Source of the DNA: Ramazzottius varieornatus
Taxonomy: Eukaryota; Animalia; Tardigrada
DNA length: 64,000 nt
Assembly: GCA_001949185.1 (NCBI GenBank)
Contig: BDGG01000015.1
Location: forward strand, 501,036 to 565,035
Direction: 5' to 3'
Below, one piece after another: positions 48,801-60,981 of this stretch. The translations under genes were made by a program, and so were the position numbers. The notes beneath the pieces are model-generated. The model did not search any database. It worked only from the letters and a program-made list of their open reading frames with translations, and was not told the origin of the DNA. How positions within the stretch are numbered: position 1 is the stretch's first letter; each line of letters starts with the position of its first letter.

Positions 48801-51800
48801 ATCAGCAAGGAATATACAGTGCTGACTCATGTGCGGAAAGAAAACCTTCTCGCACTATTCGATGTAGAGCTCCTTGGTCATCTTGCCAGACGTGCAAGCA
48901 GTGACAGGTTACTAGCTTTACACATGGACTTTTTCACAAGTGGTCCGAAGATTTCTTTGGGTTCTTGCAGCGTGATGAAGAGAACGGGCAGAAACTTGCG
49001 GACACCTGGTGAAACGCACATCATAACCGTGTAGCTGTGAGTCATCGAGTTCTGAGTGCTAAAACGTGCTTTGCACCGACGAAATCCAGAATTCAACCTG
49101 GTCTCATCCCGTACTCGAATCCACTCTGATCAGCATGCCACAGTCTTTCCCGTACGCCTGGATTCTTTCTCTGACCACAGCACCGCACTCTTCGGCAATC
49201 TTCTTCCTGTCCGGTACTTCTTTCAGGTACTTTTCGGTGACAAACTTCGTGATTTTTCTGTCGCAAATGTTATAGTATCTACAAACGAGCGATAAGACGA
49301 CAAACGTCAAAAACTTAAACGTTATTGAGTAAATGATCATGTCTGACATTCTCCTTACTTTTTGAACTTTCCAACCCAATGAGGAGAAGCTGTGAAACCG
49401 GAAAGCCCAGTCTCACGGTTGGCTGTAACTGCCCACTGCTGAATATCCAAATCTTTCACTACGTTAGGCTTTTTCCTTGCAAGGAAGAACTTTTCTCCTG
49501 TCTCCAGTCGTATCGCTTTCAGCTTATCGATCCGCGAGCCTCCTTCTCCAACGTGATCTCACCATTCTCTCAGCTGGCGAGTACTGGTGACTTTCCTAAA
49601 CTTGTCCTGCACACTGGCCAGGCTACGACGCTTCTTGGAAGAGACATTGGTCCAGTAACCAACAGCACGTTTTTTGTAAGCATAATCAGCAGCCTGGTTT
49701 GGTGTCTCTTTCGAATTCGGGATTCGGGCTACGAACAGCTCATGGGAAGAAGGTTCTGTTCCACTTGGAGCAGGTTCGGTAAGGCGATCATTCGGAGTGG
49801 ATTCGAAGTCTGCTTCGCTATGTCCATGGAACAGGTTGGTTCAGCGATAGACTTTTCCAGCTGATCGAACGTCGACACGCCAATCGGGAGCTCATACTGA
49901 AGATCTTCTTCAGTGGCCGATATGGGACTTGCAGCTTGGTCGATCTGGACGTCCAAGAAGTCTGTAAGCACAAGACCAAACCTGAGATATGCTTTAGGAA
50001 ATTGACATAATTGTAGTAGTTAATTGTAGTGTATATTGTAAGTTTAGAGTACTCGTACCTTTGAAAAGTTCTTCAACATCTTGTCAGATTCGCCCGGAGA
50101 GTCGCTCAGTTGGAAATGTTGCTCGTAGTCCGACAGCAGTAGGTTTAAGATGTTGAGGGGATTAACGGATTCCATGGCGCTATCGGGAGGAGCAGAAGAG
50201 AGGAAAGAAAACTTCTCAGCACAAGTGATTAGCTTGTATTCTGAAGTATAGCGCAACTTTGTCAATCAATAACGAATCAACGACACTGAAATCAAACCGC
50301 TCGATTGAATAAACCATGTACCGCCCAGATTTGACGTCACTTCTGGTTCCTGTATTGTCTTCCAGGATTTCATTGCGCAAGCTACACCTGTTTCAGACGA
50401 TAGAGCAGACTCTTCTCCATTATTCTATCATGTCAGAATATTTCAGAAAGGCGGAGGACAAGCATAATCCCCTGGTCAGACGTCAGCAGGTCGTCCTACG
50501 CGCCACCTATTCCGGAAATCAGTTCAGTCAACTCGCAATCCTCGACCTCCTCCTACCAACGGCCGAAACTGGAACAGTCGATAGCTCAAATCGAGCAGAG
50601 ATATCACTTCCACACACTATGCAAACAACCTCCTTCACTCAGTCGATTACACCTAGGTAAGCTATCGCCGAAGTCCCTACACAGCACGGGAATCATGAAG
50701 GAGCTCGGCAGGTAAACGCGACAAAAGCATTTTCCCATGTGGCGCACATTGCCAGTGTTAGTGGCCAAGAACGTGCGCCACTTGGAGAAAACAATATTGT
50801 CCAGTTCGCTTACCCAAGTAGCGCGCGTTATCGGTGTTTCGGCTAACCCCTTGCGCCACTTGGAAAGACAATCGTGTCGAGCTCCGATGCATCAATGGAG
50901 GTTGCACTTACCGTTTGACCCACACCGAGTCGTTCTCCTCATGGATGGAGGCCTGTGTGGCGGCACGTGCCGACCACAGGGCATGCGGACTGCTCATCTT
51001 CTTACTTCCTCCTCCTTCGTTGAGGTTACTTTGCGACGAGCCCTTCAGCTTGATCTGGCTGTTGTGGCGGACAGCGCTCTGGATATCGGAGATGGCCGAC
51101 TGGACAGCTACGTCGACCGAGTAGGCACGCTGCATGCCACAGGGATAGGAGAGCCGGCTGGGACCGCCCTTGGAGTCGAAGGTAGCCGGGATGCTCTGTG
51201 AGGAGTATGAGGCTTGGATGGGTCGCGAGGAAGGGTAGTCATGGTGGGTGGTATGGCCAGAGTAAAAGTCCTGCTCGGCTTGGCTACAGACAATCTCGCA
51301 CTCAATTTGCCGAATCTGCTGCCGGATGGCTTCCAAGCTGGTGCGTGGCCTGTGAAAGAGAAAAACCACAACGGAAATTAATCATCACACACAAGTGCCA
51401 TCGACATGCAAACTTTCACAACGTGATTCGCTACCTGATCAATTACCCCTACTAACTTCGCAAATGAATAGCACACTGGATATTGGGGAACTCGTCAAAC
51501 AAGCACGAAGATCGTTTTCCCTAGTGGCGTACGCTTAGCGTGTTTCTAACTGAAAGCCTGCGTCACTTGAAAAACGGGCTTGGGTCGAGTTTGGCTGTTT
51601 TCTCCAGGTGGCGCACATTTCCATTATTGTCAGCTGCACGAGTGCGCCACTTGGCACAGCGACCTTGGGCATTTTGACTCACATTTTCAATTCTTTTGAC
51701 TGAAAGCTTGGAAAAACGATTCTGAGCAGTTCAGTTATCTTCCCCGATAGCGTAGGCTTCCACTGTTACAGGCCCGAAGCGTGGGCCATCGAAAATGATG

Positions 51801-53731
51801 TTGCTGAGTTTGTATGCTGCATTTTGCGTACTGTACCTGACAGACTTTTGCCAGTCGTCCAGAAGGAAGTCCTGATGTGATGGCGGGCGACTTTTGTTGA
51901 CTGCCAAGTGTGGCGGGAATGGCGAAGTGGTGGGAGAGGAGGTGGGGGACAATGGAGAAGAGGCCGCGTTAATGAGCTTTGAAGTCGCTGATGTAACCTT
52001 GTCCGCTTCCTGACTTGTGGTGCCGCCAAAGAGGAGCTCTTCACTGCCAGCCTCCTCTTTGAAGCTAATCAAATTGCCACTTGTGCTCGAGCTGCTTCGG
52101 CCGTTGGCACTGCCCGACGACGAGGGTACCACACGCCACGTAGCGCCTTCCGACGGTCCTTCGGGGGAAGAAAGCTTGGCTAAACGTTGAGCCGCACGTT
52201 GAGACTCTGACGTTGCTGTGATCGTTGCGCCATTCTACAACAAGATCAAATCATCAAACACCAACTCAAGTATGCCTCAACTTCAGTCTACTTTCCGCAG
52301 TCTTATCGAAAGGGAGCACGCTTATCACGGCTTCGCTAACTGCTCCAATAAACTTCAGTGCTCGCTGAATACACTGAGGTTGCAACATGCGGAGAAGACC
52401 CAGCGAAACGGTAAAGCCATGTAAGGGAGAAGAAGCGATAAGTCTCAGTGGACCAGTGGTAATGTTGGTTCTTATCGAGCAAACAAACAAGAGCCTAAAA
52501 ACGGAATCATATCCAGGCTTTATCAAGTGCAAGATATGCAAACAAGGCCTCAACTAGGCTGAAGCAGCAAAACGGCACCGCAACCGTAGTTTTGGCAACA
52601 TGTGGTGCGAACTACGAATCGCAGACTCGATATAGAGCGAGCGCCACCGATCGAATAAACCGTTCAGTTTCCATTATACAGGCCTTCGATCGGGGCCAAT
52701 AGGAAAGTCATCGGAGCACTTTGGGTGGTTTCAACCTTTCATTATTTGACGAGAAGCTCATCCTGCTACGAGGTGATCTGCGTCAGAGGATTCGCGGAGG
52801 TCTTTTGCTAACCAAGTACCCTCTATTAGCGAAAGCTGAATTCTATCGTATCAGAACTCGAATTCGGAATGAGATCCCGGCAAGCCAACTCGACAAGCTC
52901 GTGCTTCCAAGTGGCGCATGTTTGCAGTGTAGTTGGCTGGAAGCGTGCGCCACTTGGAAAAAATGATCTTGTCGAGTCCGTTTTTTTCTAGTGGCGCACG
53001 GTTCCGGTGTTGTACGCTAACAATGTGCGCCACCTGGGATAAAAACAATGTCGAGTTCAAGTGTTTTCCAAAGCGGCGCAGCTCTTCGGCATTTTTGGCT
53101 TGAAGCGTGTGCAACCTTGAAAACGATTTTGTCGACTTTGATTGTTTTTCAAAGTGACGCATGTTTCCAGTGTTGCTCGCGGAAAACGTGCGCCACCCGG
53201 AAAACCAGTCTTGTCCAGCTACTTTCCCCAGGTTTCAGATATGTTTGTTCCACAATTCGAAATCAATTTTCGTACTTGCTAAAATTTCAGTTCGCTTACC
53301 GCTGAAACTGGTGACTTTGATGACTTTTGCGGGAAAGCCATCACGCTCATCGGATTTCGGAGTTTTCTAATCGCTTCGTCGTCGCTGTCCGATGTGAGCT
53401 CCTCGCCACTGGCATCGTACAGGCCTTGAATTCCCCCGTACATTCCTTTCACCTTCCCTCTTCCCATATCCGATCCACTATCGTTGGTATCATCGTAGAG
53501 GACCTTCGCTTTGACAACAGGTAGAGCGTCGCTGGTGGGGGAGAGCTTCGGCAATGGCGCGTACTCTACCGAGTTCCTCTGCGGTAGCCAGTCGCTACAC
53601 TGGCGTCGCGCCAGGCCCGGTCCCGTCCATCCCACCGACGGTAGCTTGCTCTTGGGCTTCGACATGGCCGTAGTCAGCGAGCCTTGACGGCGATTCTTAA
53701 ACAGTCTATGGGAAGAAGTGAAAGAACTCAT
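42830..53731 (-). CDS. X11/Mint/LIN-10 family adaptor (PTB + 2 PDZ), 8 exons
   Basis: PTB: [13 protein letters not shown]...SRL.QAQEAV.RIK / VDLFIS...[16 protein letters not shown]...[11 protein letters not shown]1: [22 protein letters not shown]2: [24 protein letters not shown]...PVYI. Phase-compatible upstream exons 53731-53300, 52233-51837, 51350-50911, 45312-44928. APBA family. Confidence 0.92.
43233..43352. repeat. N25 palindromic element (Mint intron)
   Basis: ATGTGGCGCAC-N25-GAGCGCCACTT. Confidence 0.85.
44008..44209. repeat. N25 palindromic element, 2 units (Mint intron)
   Basis: Cores at 44045 and ~44123; ends TCGAGTTTGTTTACCGAGCTCCCA. Confidence 0.88.
44810..44897. repeat. N25 palindromic element (Mint intron)
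   Basis: AAGTGGCGCAT-N25-GTGCGTCACTC. Confidence 0.8.
45463..45707. repeat. N25 palindromic element, 3 units (Mint intron)
   Basis: Cores at ~45478, 45557 and 45640 (last with a deleted spacer). Confidence 0.9.
48114..50473 (-). mobile_element. Decayed pogo/Tigger-like (DDE_1) DNA transposon with ~160-bp TIRs, in Mint intron
   Basis: 48114-48271 and 50317-50473 are near-identical inverted repeats. Internal minus-strand fragments are broken by stops and frameshifts and include [17 protein letters not shown], the PPxxT..IQPLD motif of pogo-type transposases. Confidence 0.85.
50699..50887. repeat. N25 palindromic element, 2 units (Mint intron)
   Basis: GGAGCTCGG...; cores at ~50736 and ~50816; ends TCGAGCTCC. 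Confidence 0.88.
51484..51668. repeat. N25 palindromic element, 2 units (Mint intron)
   Basis: Cores at ~51522 and ~51606. Confidence 0.87.
52870..53230. repeat. N25 palindromic element, 4-unit tandem array (Mint intron)
   Basis: Cores at 52909, 52989, ~53072 and ~53152. Confidence 0.9.
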
Positions 53732-55767
53732 GATGGCGAACTGTATCAGTAATCAATGAAACGGAGGAAATTAAATGTCGATTCCAATTTGGATAGAATA
53801 ATACAAAATATTGACAGATGAGTGTAATATCGATGCGGCAGAGGGTATTTTAATATAGTGTCAATTCCGGTTCCGAGGTTCGGGAAAAGAGATATGAGTA
53901 ACGAAAGGGAAGGGTGGGCATTTTCTTCGGTTGGTTGAGCGGCTTCACTGAAGTTTCATTGAAGCAGTCAGACGTGCTTAATTTGCTTAATTATATTTTC
54001 AACATCAATAAAGCCACGTTTCATCATAAAAGTCTGCGGTGCGTTTGGCAGAGCGCCAGTCGTGAGTTATAACTCCCGGAAGTAGTCACGGCAAAAAAGA
54101 ATGTCGGAGGAAAGGGAATGATTAGCCTGTGATGTCTCGGCGGACGCTGATAAAAAACATAATTTGATCAACGCAGACGCATATCGCAGAAAGCAATGTG
54201 ACATTCAATTTTCCTTCAATATGGAAGAGAGTCAGAAACGATCATGCTCGGCGTCAAGGCAAGAGCCGCTGAAGAGAGCAAGAAAACAACGTTGGCGATT
54301 TCCTCTCCCCTCTGAAGAAGTACTTGATGCTGATAAACGCTTCCCGTAATTGTTTTAGCTCTTTACGGCTGCGTACGGATAACTCACACATACAATGCAT
54401 CCAACAACGGTCGCTGTTGTGGAAAGTACGAGCGAGCTCGATAGCGAAAATACTTACCAACCAAATGCTCCATACAAAACTCTCGATCGTCTGCTACACG
54501 GCTTCCTTCCCGACCGGAGTAGAGAAGCCACATTACTCTGATCCCGTTTCCTGTACAGTTGTACGTGCAGTCCGTCTCTGCATGGAGAAAAATACTGAGC
54601 ACCATTGTACGAACTGCAAACCTCAAAAGTACCAGCGAAGCTCCAGGAGATTCACTCTGTTTTGGGACTGAAATAAACATGGATAGTTTCGATTGGTCGC
54701 TTGACGCTCACAAAAAAAACTAGCAGGGGTGACGTCACGATAGCAAGAAGTATGAAGAATCAGCTGATCAAATAAGAAGCCAAAAGCGCACCAACAGCTG
54801 CACATTATTTGCGTTAAGGAAACCTCCGCCCACTTCCATGCTACCGTGCACTAGTTTTAAGCAGTGTCTAGCAACGTGGATGTGCTGGTGACTATCGACC
54901 CACGCGTTAAGCTAGTGGGGCAACACAACACTGCCTACTTTACAGAGTAGCAGTCCATCAAAAGGAGCGCGGAGAGCAGCTATGTTTTCGGATCGATGAT
55001 GTTGCCTGTAAATGTTGTAGCAGCCAGCTTAAGATCACTTACAGTTTGCAGTGACAGGCCAGGAGAGCAGTCGGGCTCTCTCTTCATTCCCGTCGTTATT
55101 TAGCTCGAATCTCTGGAAAGAGTCACGCACACCAGGACGCTTCCTTTGAGGCCGATTTTCGACGTTGATCACAGACAGGCCAGCGGCTGATCCTTTTCCA
55201 GTTTCCCGTTCGTTAGTCACTCCTTTGATGGCTGCAACATGAACAGTAAGCACAGAACTGGAAGATGGATCAATAAAACGAGTCGCGTAGCCAACAGTGC
55301 CGCAGGCCTGAGCACTATCGGATAAACTCACGCGCGATCCGTATTCCTTACCGATGCTATCGCCGAACTTGGATCCTTCCCGGACGGCTAAAGATGTCGA
55401 CCCCAAGATTCGCAAGTTCGCAATAGATGTCCAGATCTGAAAAATACGCAAAGAAAACGATTATGGAAACTGGAGACTGTAAAATAATAGGAAACGAAAA
55501 CAAAGTTTTTCACTCGAAAAATTTAAGCTCTCAAGTCGCTTGATTGAGCTTCCTTGATTGTTGTCACAAGCTGACGTCAGGCTTCTCAGCCACAGTCAAC
55601 AGGTTGACTTCCGGCGCGTAAAATCACTGAACTTGCTGTTGCTGTATTCCTTTTTCTACTTCCCGACCATCTAATCCAGGAAGACTGCTGTCCGTACATT
55701 GAAAGAGCCATAGCTCATTAGGATAATGAGTATGAACTTAGAAACTATCGAACATTACAGTGAAACT

Positions 55768-55875
55768 TCCAGCAACTCGGTGAACCAGCTCGACGGGATC
55801 GTTATTCCAAGTGGCGCACATTCTCGGACAATAACGCTTCTAATCTGCGCCACTTGGCGCAACAAACTCGATTCT
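55768..55875. repeat. N25 palindromic element (intergenic)
   Basis: AAGTGGCGCAC-N25-CTGCGCCACTT at 55809. Confidence 0.85.
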
Positions 55876-56124
55876 TCCAACATTCTTCCAACTGCTGCAC
55901 GCTTTCAGCCTAGAGCTCCAAGCAGCGAAACTTAGCGCCGCTTGCACCTGCGACTGCGTCATCACAGTCGGTAGACTAAGCATAGGGCGACGTCACGATA
56001 CGAATGCATGCGAGACTGTGCTGCATTCGTGGCTTCGTGAATGTTGAGCGCCTTTTCCTCCAAAAGGTCATGCTTGACACAGAAGCTTACCGACTATCGA
56101 TCCTCCCACAGCTTTGAATCCGTC

Positions 56125-56200
56125 AACATCTAACCTGCGCCGGACGCTGTAACATCTAACCTGCGCCGGACGCTGTAACATCTAACCTACGCCGGACGCT
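56125..56200. repeat. 26-bp tandem repeat x~3
   Basis: AACATCTAACCTGCGCCGGACGCTGT at 56125, 56151 and 56177. Confidence 0.9.
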
Positions 56201-56963
56201 CCACACTGAGCTGCGAATCACAGTTTTGCCAGACTGCAACGAGGCGTATTCGAGAGTGGAGAACTGCGGGACGGTCCAGCTGACCGTAATCTTGACAGGA
56301 TCGCTGAACCGAGCTACAGTTGTAGCCTGGGATGCCACGGCTTTCGGGCTCATTATTGAAGCCTGGTGAACCGGACAAAGTACGGTATGGTCAGGAGGAC
56401 TCGGCAAAACACACTCTGTGAAGAACCCACACGGACTATACAGAAACATGCTTGTCTTATCAATACCATGAAGACTGAAGCCGGCAGCGTTAACTTTCCT
56501 TGCGAGTAAGAATAGGTATCTCGTGAGCCCGTGGAAGATCAGAAAAACTGCGCAAATGATTCTCTCAACTGTCTTTGTAACATTTGAGTCTTTGATAGTC
56601 TTTATTCTTTAACTCTTTGTTTTCGCCAGGCGGCTGGCTCCAGACCCGAAATACCTCTTCGTGGACCCATCGACGTACCGTCAATGCAGACTTTTTATCC
56701 CGTAATAGGATCTCCTAATATCCAGTAGGGTTAACAAAGCGCTTGGGTCCTTATAGGGGTACCACCGTATTGATTAAGTTGATTGATTTCCGGTTTACGT
56801 AACAGTCTAACGCAACTGGAATTTGAAATTCGGAAATTTTATTGCTAAAATATTTGTTCTTCATTTCACTATAATCTTCCAGAACCCCGCTGAAATTCTG
56901 GACCTTGTGCGTTCTGGACTGCACCAGGATCGCCTCAGTATCCGACAGTCCCAAGTGCTCGTC

Positions 56964-59900
56964 ATGCCTGGACGGAATTTCCAAAACTTCACTCCGATTG
57001 TCGAAGAGGATCCGGAATCATCAGCCAGATTTCCGACCAGCTCAAAGTCATCCAACGACCACATCCCTCGACGTCCTGTCACCAAAACCGCCAGTCAAGC
57101 TCCGAACATGCGTGTTAAAAGTATCGACGGTCGGCTGCGAGAAGCGCAAGCCGCTTACGACGAAATTATGCGCAGCCTGTCTTCGAGTCGCGAAGTGTCG
57201 GAATTTTCAGAACATAAGCCCGAAGCAACACCATCACCGTCGAACGGTAAAAGCACCAACGACCGACTCGCGATTAACTTGCCAAAGCATATGCCGGACT
57301 TGATGTTACCAGAAATCTCCAAAGAGAACCTGCGAAGAAGCACGAGCAAGGACAAAAGTCCGGGTGATGCTGGAAGGAGTCCTGGAGACAGCGCAGGTAA
57401 TTTTCAGACCAGACTCGTAGTCGAGCCTAGTGACGTCACGAGCGTAATTCGTTCCTCTGCATTACACCAAGCGTTCCGCGTCCACTTTTTTGACGTCGTT
57501 GTTCTATGTAACAGGGTGATGAGGTGATATTCTGTGATATGACACAAGGGCTAAGTATGACATTGCTTTGACTCACTGTATACTGTAGGAATGGTGGATG
57601 CGTTGAGACGCGCAATGCGACCTGTGAAACTCCAGCATCCCAGTTGGGCCGAGTCTCCCACTGCATCCCAGAAGCAGACCCAAGCTCCGGCTTCGAAAGA
57701 AAGCGAGGGGGAAGAAAGTTCGAGGGTTCAGGACAGTTCTAAATCGGAAAGTCTGTCGGTAGGGACCAAGTCTAGTGCTGATCCGCGGTCAGTCATCAGT
57801 GAGCTGTGGGAAGGTCGGTCCTTGACGTACTCAAATGGTATAGCTGCTACACCAAAGTACCTGAAGAAGCAGAAAGAGACGTCAAGCAAAGCGAAAGAAA
57901 GTAAGGAGAAGATCGTCCGGATGGTAGAAAGACAGACGACCAAAGACGACAAAATCAGCTCGACACTTCCGGTCGTCCGAATCGTCAGCCACAAGAAGAA
58001 ATCAGAGAACCCAAACACTCAGGAAACACAAGACATAGTCGCCTCGAAGAGTAGCAGGAAGGCCGTCAAGAAGAAAGAGCGAAAGAGCCAAGAAGTCGAC
58101 AACAGGTCAACCAAGAACGGTATTTCACTTCACTTCGGGTCGACATTTTTTCAAAATCCTGTTGAATGGCGGTTTTGGCTTTTTATTTTCGCAGGTTTTG
58201 AAAATGCAATTGTGCATTCGAGGAAGGTTCGTTCAGTTTCTTTGGGTAGAAGAACGCCGAACGAGACAGTAGACGACTCTGATGAGAGTTCCAGTCGAAC
58301 GTGGAATGTCTCTTCGCCGAAAGGTTCAGTGTGGACTGACGTCGATAGTTCAGCTGAGAAGAGTCAGAAGACACGTTCAAGCGAAGACAGACAGCCACAA
58401 TCCGTGAAGATTTCAGAAACTCGACCTCGGTCTTCCGGTCTGTCCGTCAAGAAGGCCAAGGGTGCCAAGCTAGACATCAGGGCCGTTGAGAAGAAGTTCC
58501 GTGGTCGTTCTTTGGAACGATACAAGCAAGAGCTTTTTGCGAAAGAGACGTCAGACTTTGCGGAGATGCGCAAGCAGTTCAGGGCGAACCCGGTGCCGGC
58601 CTTCGTCTATGACCACAAGTTTGAGAAGCTGCAGCAGGAAGAAGAGCTGAGGAAGTGGCGTGTGCAGGAACGGGCCAGGGAGATGCTGCAAGAAGTCCAG
58701 CCCTTCGACTTTGTTGAGATTCCTGATCGACACGCTTCAGAGAAACGGAAAAGATTGTATGCTGAGCAGACGTTGGCGCCTAAAGTCAGGAGCAGAAGTC
58801 CCAGAAGGTTACCCAATGTGGCGCAGAGGAACGGGACACCTGAAACGATCAGCCAAGTTTCTTTCGGGTAAAGAAATAAAAATAAATTAGAAGAACAACA
58901 AAAAACAGAAAAATAGAAGGAATAATTGCAAAAGAGAACGGAAACAGAATCGAAACATTTTTGTGGTTTCTATCTGGGTGCTTCGCAGTCAAATTCGACA
59001 CGATTGTTTCCCCAAGCGGCGCACGTATTTAGGGCTATTAGCTAGAAGAGTGCGCCACTAGTAAAGAACGATCTTGACGAGTCTTATTGTTCCCTAAGTG
59101 GCGCACAGTTACAGTGTTATCGGATGGAAACGTGCGCCGTTTTTGAAACAGCATTTCGTCGCGTTTGGTTGTTGTGCTGCTATTTGTTTCGGCTGGCGGA
59201 GCAACGTTGTTATGTTTACGGTGTTTTAGGTATACGTTACCTCGGGCAGGAAAATCTCATCGTCGCGCTTGTATTCCGCAAGATCCTTCATTCCGACCAA
59301 AAATCAACCCAACGGTTCCTGACTTCACTCGCCTCCACAACAAGCTTGAGCAACGGACAGAAGCCTACAAGCAAGAAAAGAGTTGGACGACGGTTCAGCA
59401 GCCCTTTTCGCTAAGCATCTCCACCAACAAGCATGAAGACGAAGAGGAAAGCCAGTCCAGTCCACCTTCCCGCAAGGATACGACAGCGGAAGTGAAGCCA
59501 CTCCGACGAACCAAGTCCTTCAACGACGGCGAGTCGTTTGATTCGTTGGTCAGACCAACCAAGGCCTTCTCCATGATGGCTGCTCGGTCCAGAAGAAGAC
59601 TGAAAGAGGAAGAAGATGACAGAATAGGAAGGAAGGTGCAAGCGGATCCGCTGAAGGTGGTGAGGTTGCAGGAGAAGCTGCGAGAAAGGGATATCGAGCT
59701 GACCGAAGCTGCCAACATTCTCTCTCAACAAAAACACCAGTAAGCACCAGAAATAATTATAACAAAGTTTTAGAAGCTACAGCATATATTTAAGCTTTCT
59801 TTTCTCAGATGTATGCGGATTTTTGGTCTTGTCCTCATGTGTTTTCTCGCTTTTTTGGCTACGGTTGGGTTTACGGTTTATCATACAGGGTATTCGCCAG

Positions 59901-60099
59901 CGACGATAGGAATAAAGATTACAAAGAGGAGCTGGCGGAAGTGAAGCGGCGACTGGACGAAAGGCCCTTCATGTGGGAGCGCTCGCAGATGGAGGAGCGG
60001 AAGAAGCGCATCGACAAGCGATTCCAGGAAATCTTGGAAGATTACTCGGTCGACAGTATTCTGAAGCGAGCTGCTGCTGAGGACACTTCTTCATCCTGA
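56964..60099 (+). CDS. FAM161A/B-like (UPF0564) ciliary/centriolar protein; start uncertain
   Basis: FRANPVP...Y...F.....EE.R......RA..ML...QPF.F, FRPKIN..VPDF..LH, TT..QPF.L, and C-terminal Y..EL......L..RP. Exons approx 56964-57396, 57589-58119, 58195-58867, 59231-59739, 59889-60099. Confidence 0.75.
58985..59200. repeat. N25 palindromic element, 2 units (FAM161 intron)
   Basis: Cores at ~59014 and ~59096. Confidence 0.87.
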
Positions 60100-60344
60100 T
60101 GTCAAGTACGGTGGTCTTTTGATTCGATCTCTTTTCATACTTGTAAAGATGTCACCAGTAGGTAGTTTGATCTTTCTTTCATTTTTAGTTCCTTTGTTAT
60201 TGTAGGTACGGGCGTGATGTGTTTTTTTTATTATTGTTGAAAGTGACATTGCAGCTTGAGTTGCACTTGAGGCGGTGCTGTCCTAGTACAGTCGTTAATG
60301 GTTAACAGTCCGCTGGGTCGATAATTAAAAGTGGTTAGGTGAAA

Positions 60345-60415
60345 TGGCAGCAAAGTGTGCCATCGAACCAGCAACCGGTTTGTCAGTGCGCCACTCATTA
60401 GAGAAACAACCTAGA
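60345..60415. repeat. N25 palindromic element, degenerate (intergenic)
   Basis: AAGTGTGCCA...GTGCGCCACTC. Confidence 0.5.
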
Positions 60416-60981
60416 ACTGTCTCGGGATATTCTTGGCCAGACACGCGGACCTTCCCGCTCGTTGTCCGTAACCTTCGTTGGCCTGTTGGCGGCTCGATGC
60501 ATACTATATGCATGGCATGCAAAGTACCTTGTCGGTGCAGGGAGGAGCTGCTGGCAGCGCCCATATTACGCTATGACCGCATGCTTGACCGCCGCATTTT
60601 AATCATATCACGCACTCTCTTTGCCTCTCCGCTTCCCTCTTAGCCTCCTACCTGCCCGATAGGCGTCCATTTACACCCGTCTTGAGTTCCGTCGTTGAGC
60701 TGCCAAGACGGTGCTCCTCTGCATGCCCTCGTCAGATTATCGGTCCGTGTCCAGTCAAGAGAACTTGTAACCCGTTTGACAGTGCGCCACAGTTACCATC
60801 TAAGGAACGCTACAGTCTTTCGTCCTACTAAAAAGCCGCCAACCGATAGTCATCGTCCCCGCAGTTCGCAAAAAGTATCGTCGAACTGCGCGGTGTATTA
60901 TCTCCTTATGACAATGCTTCGTTGATTGATCTTAGTCTCATTCGGCGTCATTTGCCCATTTGGTTTTTGTCCTCGTCCACA

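Noticed and set aside
52870-53230. CRISPR-like array (palindromic repeats with constant-length spacers)
   Set aside because: Spacers are diverged versions of one consensus rather than unique sequences, arrays have 4 or fewer units, no cas genes are present, and the context is a eukaryotic intron.
55035-55451. Possible minus-strand exon (138-aa ORF with splice-like borders)
   Set aside because: No recognisable domain or demonstrable partner exon.
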